The notes: generated by a model from the letters alone, not told the origin. Positions 8,633-16,714 are shown, counted from the first letter of the stretch. The stretch is 16,714 bases of DNA from Oligoflexales bacterium (GCA_045106415.1 JBGCEP010000013.1:1-16714); one strand, 5' to 3'. Numbers and translations: made by a program.

Positions 8633-9954
8633 AACAAAGGTCCCATTGGCAAAAAACACAAAAAGATAGTCTGCACACACTCGCAAGTCATATGCTCGAT
8701 CTCGCCAAGCAAGAAGGTGCAGACCATGCAACAATCTCAGGGTCGACTTCTATCACAGATAAAGTTGTCATAGAGAGTTATGATTTAAACCTTGCCTATA
8801 CGACAGAAGAAACTATTCTCTCTTTATCTCTTATTTGCAATCAAAAACAAGCCTCAGCCACGGTAAACACAACCGACCCACAGCGCCTCCGTGAAACCAT
8901 ACGTAAAACATTACAGATAGCGAAACACAGCGCTCGTGATGATGACCTTGTTATTGCACCAAAATCAGACAATGTAACGACCCTTCCTTTTATCAACCAA
9001 GACTCTCTCCTCAAGCTTTCTTTACAGGATCTTTTAGAGGCTTCTATGACTAGCCTTTCTTACTGGAACCATCAATATTTTTCTCCAGACAGACTAGAAA
9101 CAAGTCTAGATACCTCAGTTCACGTCATGATGAATTCGAATGGATTAGTAAGAGATGAACTTTCAACAATAACTGACTGGGGTTTTGCTGGTTTCTGCCG
9201 CGATGATGAACATGTTAGCAGTGTTGATTATGATGGCGGATTTTCACATACCAGCTTTCAACCACTAACCGAACATGCAAAGAGTTTTCAGAGTCACGTT
9301 TTAAAAGGCCTCAATCCTCAGACTCTCACTCGAACACCTAGACTTGTCCTCATAACTCCTCGCGCCATGGATGATTTTCTTTTAGATCCTATTCTCTATC
9401 ACTTAAACGGTTCTATTTTACGTGATAAAAAAAGCAAATGGCCTACACAAGGAGAAAAAGTTCTACCCTCCTCTATACATATAACAGAAAATCCTCACCA
9501 AAGAGATTTCCGCGATGCGACATCCTGGGATCACGATGGCCTCGCAACTTACCCGCAAATCCTTATAAATCACGGTTGTGTAAGCCAGCATATTCATAAT
9601 TGCCATACGGCAAAGAGCCTTCAAACCACACCTTCGGGTCTAGCCGGAGGTCCTTTTGGGCTCAAAATGCATGGTGGTCAAGACTCTCTTGATAACTTAA
9701 TGCACACAGAATACGTTCTGGTCATTGAACGTTTTTCTGGTCATATCGATCCTCTCACAGGTGACTTCAGTGGTGTCGCAAAAAATTCTTACACAATAGA
9801 TAAGCAAATCCAAACACCTATCACTGAAACGATGGTTTCAGGAAATCTTTTTAAGGCTCTTGAAAACATACAAGGTCTCTCACAAGAGACAATCAACATC
9901 AGTGGGTCTTATGAGTCTCCTTATGTCCTTATGTCTTCTATACAAATTTCATAA
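8620..9954 (+). CDS. pmbA: PmbA/TldE-family protein (non-catalytic partner of TldD)
   Basis: NSNGL, WDHDG, DPLTGDFS and ITETMVSGNLF motifs, no HExxH. AGGAGG RBS and a 13-bp overlap with tldD. Confidence 0.88.
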   Translation: MSVIEQRSHWQKTQKDSLHTLASHMLDLAKQEGADHATISGSTSITDKVVIESYDLNLAYTTEETILSLSLICNQKQASATVNTTDPQRLRETIRKTLQIAKHSARDDDLVIAPKSDNVTTLPFINQDSLLKLSLQDLLEASMTSLSYWNHQYFSPDRLETSLDTSVHVMMNSNGLVRDELSTITDWGFAGFCRDDEHVSSVDYDGGFSHTSFQPLTEHAKSFQSHVLKGLNPQTLTRTPRLVLITPRAMDDFLLDPILYHLNGSILRDKKSKWPTQGEKVLPSSIHITENPHQRDFRDATSWDHDGLATYPQILINHGCVSQHIHNCHTAKSLQTTPSGLAGGPFGLKMHGGQDSLDNLMHTEYVLVIERFSGHIDPLTGDFSGVAKNSYTIDKQIQTPITETMVSGNLFKALENIQGLSQETINISGSYESPYVLMSSIQIS

Positions 9955-10294
9955 AAGATTTCATCACTCCATCACACGGCTGTTATGAATTTACTTAAAC
10001 CTATACTCCGCAGATTTAAGAGTTACGCCAGAATGTTGTGGATAAGAAAAGTATGACTATCTATTCTCGTTATTAGGAAAACAACAAGTAGGCTCAACCA
10101 AGACCAACAAGAATGAGGTCGTCATACTTAAACTTCTATCAAAGGCACTCTCATAAAAACAAGATCTTCTTTCGTTGTCTTTAGATGAGTTTGAAAAACA
10201 CGGTATCAAAAGACTGTTGTTCTAAACATTGGAGCTCAAGCATCCGCAGCATCACAGAAATTATTTTGAAAAATCAATATCATAGGGCAGAGAG

Positions 10295-10675
10295 TAATAC
10301 CAATCACATAAAATAATTGAGGTTTATTCTAGCTTTACCCAAGTTCGAGTGCATAGCTTTTCAATAGCACCACCTTCATTACAGAACACATTCCAAGCAT
10401 CACAACAAGCCTGAACAATATCTTCGTAGTCTTTGAAGCATGTGTTAGAAAGATGATATTGCTTCAATCTTTGCCAGACCTGTTCCATTAAATTTAATTC
10501 TGGTGAATATGGAGGTAAGGGCATAAGTGTTATATTTTCAGGGATATTCAAAGCTTCTGTGGTGTGCCAACTAGCTCGATCCATCAAGATTATTGCGTGA
10601 CGATTTTCATCAACTTGAAGTGATATTTGTTCAAGGTGAAGTTGCATCGTTCCCGTGTTCGTTTATGGAATTAAA
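10295..10675 (-). mobile_element. Truncated IS630-family element (C-terminal DDE fragment, ORF 10324-10647, plus right end)
   Basis: AIILMDRASWH and LPPYSPELNLMEQVW are the IS630 D2/E motifs. Upstream the frame reads LIP*TNTGT (in-frame stop at 10663-10665) and similarity is then lost. The right end ...GTGATTGGTATTA is at 10295. The protein differs from the IS630 at 1-655. Confidence 0.9.
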
Positions 10676-10758
10676 ATTCTCGAATTGATTTATGCAACAA
10701 CGGGCACCATATTTATTAACTAAAAGTTATTATTATAAAAATTAAAATTATTTTTTAT

Positions 10759-10785
10759 TAAATTAATGACTTTAGCCGCCGATAA
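10759..10785 (+). promoter_or_regulatory. Sigma28 (FliA) promoter of the large lipoprotein gene
   Basis: Exact consensus TAAA-N15-GCCGATAA, 24 bp upstream of the ATG at 10810, with a GGGAG RBS between them. Confidence 0.8.
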
Positions 10786-10809
10786 GAGTGACCTGTATGG
10801 GAGTGCTAT

Positions 10810-13623
10810 ATGAAGTTTATGATCTTTATTTTGTTTTTTATCAGTTCGTGTGAAAATTCAAAACACGCTGTGAATCGAAATATTCTAAGTGAGGTTGGCG
10901 TACAAACTTCTTTTTCAGATTCATCTCGCAAAGTTCTTCTCCCAGAAGAAGCCATAGTTATTAAAGTTGCGAATGGCACTATGTCTGCTGTTAAAGGTTC
11001 GTATACGGATCCAGTTGTGATCGAATTGGCTTCTTTGGACTCAGGGCTAGGTGAGGGTTTGACTATTAAAACTGTGTTTTTATCTGGAGATAGGACTCAA
11101 AACCCTGTTCCTCAACAAGACCTTGAAATTTGTATCATGGCAGATGGAGAACCAAGCCTTAAAGATATTCAGGTTACCTCGGATTTTGATAAAAGTGTGA
11201 CTCAATATGATGGTTTTGTGAAAGATTCTGAAATCTGTATCTTAACTCGGGTCGTTTCAGGGAGCTTTGAAGCCGTTGTTAGCTCTGCAGTAATTCCATC
11301 AGATCTGGCAACAACAGATAATAGCGACACAACAGAAGTCACAAGCGGGATTTTATTAAACCTCAATCAATTCAATGATTTAGGTTCGTTAGACATCGAA
11401 CCGACACATGATCTCTCTGTAAATCAGATATTGGCAGAACACGTGAAGCTTTTAAAAAGTACAACAATAACAGGAGCGATTGAAATTGAGTGGGGAGGAG
11501 ATGATGCAGTACGAGCGAGTTTATTAAGTCTTACTACGGCGAAAATTTGCCTTAATACCGAAAAAAACATCCGTACTGTGACTCAAATTCATGAAGATGG
11601 AGCTGTATCACATACGGGAGGAACATTAATAGAAAACAAATTGTGTTTAGTACCGTCTAGTCTTTATGGCCATTTTATCCTTGGGCCTCCTCGGTTAGAA
11701 GTTGTAAGTCTAGATACTGTGAATACAGTCTTGGCTTCGGACCCTAAGATTGATGTTAGTCCTATGACAAAAGAAGACGTTTTATTTATTTATTCGAGTT
11801 TGGATTGTTCTGGAACTGTCATCAAATCGCAAACTGCTTTGGATGATGGAGGCATGAAAGTAGAGTTGAACCATATGCAAGAAGGGTTGTATTCTCTTTA
11901 TTCACAGATCCTATCAAAAGATGGGGCTATAGGTGAATGTCAGAAATTGATCGATCTTGTTGTTGATACTACGGCCCCTGCGAGTCCAGTTCTTACGATT
12001 GATGGTGGGGTTGTGACATCAGATGCAGCTCCAAATCTAATACTATCAGCAATTGGTGCAAGTGAGATGTATATCACGAACACCTCTGGTTGTGGATCTG
12101 GTGGGAGTTGGGAAAATTATGCTACAGCCAAAGCTGACTGGCCTTTAGGGCAAAGTAATGCTGTGGCAAAAGTTTATGTGAAGTTTAAGGATGTCGCAGG
12201 AAATGAATCAAATTGTGTAAACGATACAATCACTCACGATGCTACGGCTCCTACGAATCCCACTATGACAATATCCAGTGGTGCAGCCTACACGACCAGT
12301 TCTTCGGTGACGTTATCACCAAGTTCTATTGACGCAAGTGAGATGTATATTACAAACATTTCTGGTTGCGGATCTGGTGGCAGTTGGGAAAACTATGCAA
12401 CGACCAAAGCCGCTTGGGCTTTAGGTCAAGGTAATGCTACTGCAACAGTTTACGTAAAATTTAAAGATACGGCAGGGAATGAGTCGACTTGTGAAAACGA
12501 TACCATTATTCATGATAATACGGCTCCTTCAAATGTAGGTTTATTTGCTGATGGAACGGACTCTAAAAGCCTCACAGAGTCTGCGGATATGACGTGGAAT
12601 GCCAGCTTTGATGGTGGATCTGGTGTGGCATCTTATGAAATCTCAATAGGGAGCTCCTTAGGAGCTACGGATGTAAAAGATTGGACAGATGTAGGGAACA
12701 TCTTAACAGCATCGCTTACGGGTTTTGCTTTGAGTAATGGGACAACGTATTACGCTAATATACGAGCGTTAGACAGTGCTGGGAATATCAGTTCCGTTGT
12801 GAGTGGAGATGGATTTAGTGGAAATGTCTTAATCGACTGCTCTGGTTTAAGTGGTGGTACTTGGATAGGTGTTCCAGGAGACGTTGATTATGGGACGTCA
12901 GATTTTTGTGTCATGAAATATGAAGCGAAGAATGTTGCAAATACTCCAGCATCTAATGCGGCAGGGTTGCCTTGGGAAAATATTTCTCATGGTGATTCAA
13001 TCACAGAGTGTTCATCGCTAGGGACTGATCATCATCTGATCACAAATGAGGAATGGATGACGATCGCTGCCAACGTTGCCTACGTTGACGACAATTGGAG
13101 TGGTGGAACTGTTGGAAGTGGCTTAATGAACCGTGGGCATACAGGTTCAGGTATTCTAGCCGCGAGTTCTGATGATAATGATCCTTGTGTAGGAACAGGG
13201 CAAACATGTGATGCATCTACATGGGATGTGAAGAGAAGAACGCATAAGCTTTCAAATGGGGAAGTGATTTGGGATTTGTCAGGCAATGTTTATCAATGGG
13301 TAAATGCTCATGAAGCGAATGGCAAGGTGAGCCCATTAGATGACTACAGAGAGTATTCAGAATCACTATCAGATGGAGCGAACTGGTCAGTCACTGATTT
13401 AATTCCTAGAAATTCTCAGAAAAGTTTTTGGGATGATAGCTGGGATCTAAATCAAGGGCTTGGGAGTTATTATCCAGGACTCAATGGTGATGGCGGTGCG
13501 ATGCTAAGAGGAGGAAGTCGGGCCGATGGGGTAAGTGCAGGTGTGTTTGCAGTGCTTTTAAATATATGGGGTTCGGTTGACCACACATGGATCGGTTTTC
13601 GTTGCGCGGCACCAGCATCTTGA
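10810..13623 (+). CDS. Large surface lipoprotein/adhesin: Ig-like repeats + FN3-like domain + C-terminal C-type-lectin (FGE-sulfatase-like) fold domain
   Basis: Lipobox-like FISS-C at Cys14. D-x-T-A-P-linked Ig-like modules, then an FN3-like module (W..S.D.GSGV.SYE...TYYANIRALDSAGN). The C-terminal domain has FCVMKYEAK, HLITNEEW, IWDLSGNVYQWV, LRGGS and IGFRC. Confidence 0.85.
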   Translation: MKFMIFILFFISSCENSKHAVNRNILSEVGVQTSFSDSSRKVLLPEEAIVIKVANGTMSAVKGSYTDPVVIELASLDSGLGEGLTIKTVFLSGDRTQNPVPQQDLEICIMADGEPSLKDIQVTSDFDKSVTQYDGFVKDSEICILTRVVSGSFEAVVSSAVIPSDLATTDNSDTTEVTSGILLNLNQFNDLGSLDIEPTHDLSVNQILAEHVKLLKSTTITGAIEIEWGGDDAVRASLLSLTTAKICLNTEKNIRTVTQIHEDGAVSHTGGTLIENKLCLVPSSLYGHFILGPPRLEVVSLDTVNTVLASDPKIDVSPMTKEDVLFIYSSLDCSGTVIKSQTALDDGGMKVELNHMQEGLYSLYSQILSKDGAIGECQKLIDLVVDTTAPASPVLTIDGGVVTSDAAPNLILSAIGASEMYITNTSGCGSGGSWENYATAKADWPLGQSNAVAKVYVKFKDVAGNESNCVNDTITHDATAPTNPTMTISSGAAYTTSSSVTLSPSSIDASEMYITNISGCGSGGSWENYATTKAAWALGQGNATATVYVKFKDTAGNESTCENDTIIHDNTAPSNVGLFADGTDSKSLTESADMTWNASFDGGSGVASYEISIGSSLGATDVKDWTDVGNILTASLTGFALSNGTTYYANIRALDSAGNISSVVSGDGFSGNVLIDCSGLSGGTWIGVPGDVDYGTSDFCVMKYEAKNVANTPASNAAGLPWENISHGDSITECSSLGTDHHLITNEEWMTIAANVAYVDDNWSGGTVGSGLMNRGHTGSGILAASSDDNDPCVGTGQTCDASTWDVKRRTHKLSNGEVIWDLSGNVYQWVNAHEANGKVSPLDDYREYSESLSDGANWSVTDLIPRNSQKSFWDDSWDLNQGLGSYYPGLNGDGGAMLRGGSRADGVSAGVFAVLLNIWGSVDHTWIGFRCAAPAS
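11965..12513 (+). repeat. Two tandem ~91-92-aa Ig-like repeats (11965-12237, 12238-12513)
   Basis: Both contain ASEMYITN.SGCGSGGSWENYAT.KA.W.LGQ.NA.A.VYVKFKD.AGNES.C.NDTI.H. Many nucleotide differences in the conserved core are synonymous. Confidence 0.92.
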
Positions 13624-13894
13624 ATCGTGGTGATTGCCTATTCCGTATTTTTTATTGTGAAAATTGGTTGAAGTCTTGATACCGCTTTTGGCAAAACCTG
13701 TCTTTGAAGTCGTCATTTTATAGCCAGAGTCGGTCAGTTGTATAAGTTCAACTGTAATGCATAAGTATCGTGTCGTAGTGATTGGGATCCGCTGTCGGTG
13801 AGTAAAAATCGAGTCATAGCTCTTGTTTAAATGTTTTTCAATTCGACCTTCCTTGTGATTGAAGCTCTCTAGGCCAAATGAGATAATAGCAGCA

Positions 13895-14230
13895 CTCCTT
13901 CGCTATCATGGAGTCTTTGCTACGACTCATTTTATGCGTTCTCAAATTGTAAGAAACTGCAGACAATAAGATAAACCAGAAGATATTGATAAAAGCTCAG
14001 AAAAAAGAAATTCGAATAAGCAATCATGGCCAGTACTTCTAAAAAGAACTTTCAATATTGATAACCGAATATGCCTAAAATGCGAAAGAAATGGAACTAC
14101 GTTCTGTTTATGTGTGGTGGAGTTTAAAAGCAGTATTGAAAAAGCTGCTGGACTTAACCCACACCCACCACCTATTCGTAAAGCTAGGTTTTCAGCATTT
14201 CAGTAGATATTTGATGAATGGCTTTTATAA
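13895..14230 (+). pseudogene. IS91/ISCR-family rolling-circle transposase, C-terminal remnant
   Basis: Translation across stops and frameshifts: LLRYHGVFATTHFMRSQIV...SWPVLLKRTFNIDNRICLKC / MELRSV... / AGLNPHPPPIRKARF. This matches the IS91/ISCR C-terminal pattern RFHGVFAP...WA.LLKRVF.ID...CP.C...LGL...PPP...AR. Confidence 0.8.
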
Positions 14231-14368
14231 CCCTATACGAGAGCTTTACTCATTTTCTGAGCAATCGAAGACAATTTCAATTTTTTATGCTTTATGACAA
14301 CATCATACTCAAAAATGTCCTTTTTTCATTTCAAATAATCTTGCGGCAAATTATATATTGCGTGAAGC

Positions 14369-14605
14369 TTAGTATGCCCTACACCTCGTCAATTGTTCCT
14401 ACCCCCAGCGTCCTAATACCCTTTGGGAAATCCCAAGGCTCCTAGCAATATCTCATATTCTCCGAGTTTCGGTCAGAACAAGGTGAGTGGCCTCTCTCTT
14501 GAAATCATCTGTAAATACTCGTCTTTTCATCATCTGACAGCTCCTCCATATTCCTTATCGGAATCTTAGTTAGAAAACTGTCCGTTTAGCTGATGAGACA
14601 TATGA
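14369..14605 (-). mobile_element. IS3-family left-end remnant with dead orfA (14369-14533)
   Basis: Minus strand GGAGGAG RBS, then MMKRRVFTDDFKREATHLVLTETRRI*DIARSLGISQRVLGRWG*, a typical IS3 OrfA HTH with two stops. Upstream TCATATGTCTC...AAACGGACAG resembles a degenerate IS3 left IR. No orfB is present. Confidence 0.8.
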
Positions 14606-14618
14606 TATACTTAATAAC

Positions 14619-15308
14619 TTACTCTACTAAGACCTTCGCAGATATAGGAGGAACATCAAAACACCATTGGATACCGTCAGATCCAGTTGAGCATGCATTA
14701 TAAGATGTTTCATAATTAGTTGATCTTGTCTGTCCGACCTCGATTTCTGAGCCTAAGTACACTCTGTCTCCAGATAAGTCGTATGATACTTCTATAACCG
14801 CACTTGAATCTTTTTTGAGTGTGAGAGGTGGGTCCATTTCTTGAGAATCAAAGAGGCAAAAGTTACTTTCAGACAACCCATTTTCAACCGAACCACCTGA
14901 CCATTTTAGAGGCGTTGCATCTGATCCACAGATATAAAAGCGGACATATTTAAATGTCACTTCTTGTGGATCTAACTCAGTGTCAGACCTTAATATAAAT
15001 TCTTTAGCTTCATTATTTAAAGTCGTGTTTATAGCTGAGACATCCATCATATCGTAGAAATCTGTTTCTTGGCTATTGCAAGAAGCACTATCTGAGCACA
15101 CTGGATTTAACCAGATATCTGTTGCGTCTTTTCCATTGACGTCATTGACAAGTTGTATTGATTTTAATGTTAATGAAAAACCTGAAAGAGTACTGAGTAG
15201 ACTTAAGTTGGTATCATTTGCAAATTGTATTGTTGCTTTTGCTCTGACTTCTTCGTCCTCTCCACAGTTGGTTAAAAACAAAAGGAAAGATAATAAAATA
15301 ATTTTCAC
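14619..15308 (-). CDS. Hypothetical Cys-rich lipoprotein
   Basis: The preferred GTG start at 15308 has GGAG 7 nt upstream (the track starts at 15332). (M)KIILLSFLLFLTN-C lipobox, followed by six further Cys in an acidic Ser/Thr-rich mature region. Confidence 0.8.
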   Translation of the reverse strand: MKIILLSFLLFLTNCGEDEEVRAKATIQFANDTNLSLLSTLSGFSLTLKSIQLVNDVNGKDATDIWLNPVCSDSASCNSQETDFYDMMDVSAINTTLNNEAKEFILRSDTELDPQEVTFKYVRFYICGSDATPLKWSGGSVENGLSESNFCLFDSQEMDPPLTLKKDSSAVIEVSYDLSGDRVYLGSEIEVGQTRSTNYETSYNACSTGSDGIQWCFDVPPISAKVLVE

Positions 15309-15346
15309 ACTTACACTCCATCGTTTTAACATTCAACCTGTAAAGC

Positions 15347-15374
15347 ATATCGAGGATTTTGGGTGAAATGTTTA
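15347..15374 (-). promoter_or_regulatory. Possible sigma28-type promoter of the small lipoprotein
   Basis: Minus strand TAAA-N16-CTCGATAT; the -10 element is degenerate. Confidence 0.35.
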
Positions 15375-15482
15375 AAATTGGTGTGTTTTTTTATTTGTTG
15401 ATCTGATTTAAAAATTCCGTAAAGTACTGATTGAATTTGATATTTAGATAGGGAAAGAAATAACTCCAACATCTTGCAAACA

Positions 15483-16677
15483 ATGGAGCATATCTTTGAA
15501 ATAAATATCAACCATCTCTTTCCCGGAATTTGATCAGGTGTTACCTCAAAGTGATGGGCATCATCGCCTCATTTTGATCTTGGACGACTTGGCACCCTTT
15601 ACTTCTGAGGTCTTGAACAGTTATCGCAACCCACAAACCAGGGGTCGAAATAGAATTGATCGTTGGTCATTTATTTCAGCATTTATTGCGCAAAAGGTTC
15701 TTAAAATACCAACTGTAAAAGCATTATTGGAAAGACTACCCATGGACAAAACATTGCAAAGAATGTGCAAATTCAAACTGACAGGAAACGACCCTGTGAG
15801 GCTACTTTCTCTAATGTTTTTAATACTTTTTCAGAATTGGGAATTACAGAAAAAGTCCATGGGAAATTTGCATAGCAAGGCAAAGCTTTATTTACACACT
15901 CATAGATATCAAATATTGCTTTAAAAAGCGGATTTATCAACTTTGCAAAACTCTTAACGCGTAAATAAAATCATCTAATGCCATATCTTCAAAATTGCAA
16001 GATGACTTGGCTCATAATGTAAGCCGGGATGCTACAGCAATTGAAATAAGAGAAAAAACCGCAAAAAAACATAAGAACAAAAATGAAAACCAAAAAAAAC
16101 GGCGAGTTCGACCTAAAAAAGGAGATGAACAACCAAAAGCGCTTTCTAAAGTTGAGCAACAGCTAAAAATGACCCAGGAGCAAAAATTAAATTCACTCCC
16201 TAGCTTTTATGATAAAGGTTGTAAGAAAAACTCCCAAGGCAACAAAGATTATTGGATAGGTTACAAACTTCATATAGACACAATTGATGGAGATATCCCA
16301 GTCTTTACAGTTCTGACACCTGCTTCAGTTCATGACAGCCCAGCATCTACCCCCTTGGAAGAGATGACTTCTCAGAGAGTCAATAGTCTTTATTCATTGA
16401 TGGACGCAGCATATGATTCTGCCGCAATTAAATCTCAAATTAGAGATAAGGGTAAAGTGCCGGTTGTTGACCACAACCCAAGAAGAGATGAGAAAATAAA
16501 GATGCCTCCTCCTGAAAAAGAAAGATATAAAGCTCGCTCATCTTCAGAACATGTAAACAGTTATTGAAAGATGCATTTGGAGAAAGAGAGTTAAGAGTAA
16601 GGGGAGCCAAAGAAGTCATGATATCACTGAGCCTAGGCCTGCTTGTCATGGCCTCACAACAGCTCATGAAACTTTAA
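15483..16677 (+). pseudogene. DDE transposase, IS5/IS1182-like (DDE_Tnp_1 type), frameshifted and MITE-interrupted
   Basis: Reconstructed across frameshifts at about 15520, 15785 and 16563 plus the insertion: YQPSL/FPEFD...AFIAQKVLKIPT...RPCEATFS...VSRDATAIE...GCKKNSQG..YWIGYKLH...ASVHDS...LMDAAYDS...ERYKARSSSEHVNS/LKDAFG...VRGAKEV...QQLMKL*. Exact family assignment is uncertain. Confidence 0.85.
15873..15983. mobile_element. ~111-bp IS630-type MITE inserted in the transposase pseudogene
   Basis: Removing 113 bp rejoins KVHGKF-[V/A]-SSKLQDDLAHNVSRD in frame. The ends are imperfect inverted repeats sharing TTTATTTAC (TAGCA...TTTATTTAC / GTAAATAAA...TGCCA), flanked by CA and TA. Confidence 0.7.
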
Positions 16678-16714
16678 GTTGCCGGTTGAATTCACACCTT
16701 TTAGGGATTGGTGC

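Noticed and set aside
9985..10056. 23-aa cationic peptide ORF (MNLLKPILRRFKSYARMLWIRKV) after pmbA as a TldD/E substrate or RiPP precursor
   Set aside because: No RBS, no modifying enzymes nearby, and ORFs of this size are expected by chance.
6174..10292. 12-bp direct repeat CATAGGGCAGAG at 6174-6185 and 10281-10292
   Set aside because: Several 12-mer matches are expected by chance in 16.7 kb, and no element structure is associated with the pair.
14555..14582. TCCGATAA sigma28-like -10 element upstream of the IS3 orfA
   Set aside because: It lies inside an IS left end and has a poor -35, so it is more likely coincidental.
13490..14620. Complete diversity-generating retroelement at the CLec adhesin
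   Set aside because: No adenine-rich template repeat copy of the 3' end and no reverse transcriptase in the window; the downstream DNA is explained largely by IS91 and IS3 remnants.
1..16714. CRISPR arrays, tRNA or rRNA genes
   Set aside because: No regularly spaced repeats, cloverleaf-like sequences or rRNA-like conserved segments were seen.

Overview
AT-rich bacterial window. The gene content (PilT-family ATPase, sigma28-type promoters, Cys-rich lipoproteins, a C-type-lectin-fold surface protein) suggests a Bdellovibrionota/Oligoflexia-like organism; this is inference. A housekeeping-like core (pilT/pilU-family gene divergent from a PfkB kinase-tldD-pmbA operon) sits among accessory genes and many dead insertion sequences: two different IS630 elements, an IS91-family remnant, an IS3 orfA remnant, and an IS5/IS1182-like transposase interrupted by a ~111-bp IS630-type MITE. 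The most striking observation is a divergent pair of apparently exported proteins with eukaryotic ubiquitin-ligase modules. One is a left-handed beta-helix (hexapeptide repeat) protein with a complete RING-H2 finger (2887-4503); the other has an F-box-like motif directly after its signal peptide (1679-2695). The 8.6-kb block containing them is bracketed by two inverted, 67/70-identical right ends of the same IS630 element. A 937-aa Ig/FN3/CLec lipoprotein has a perfect sigma28 promoter. No RNA genes, CRISPR array or DGR template repeat/reverse transcriptase were seen.
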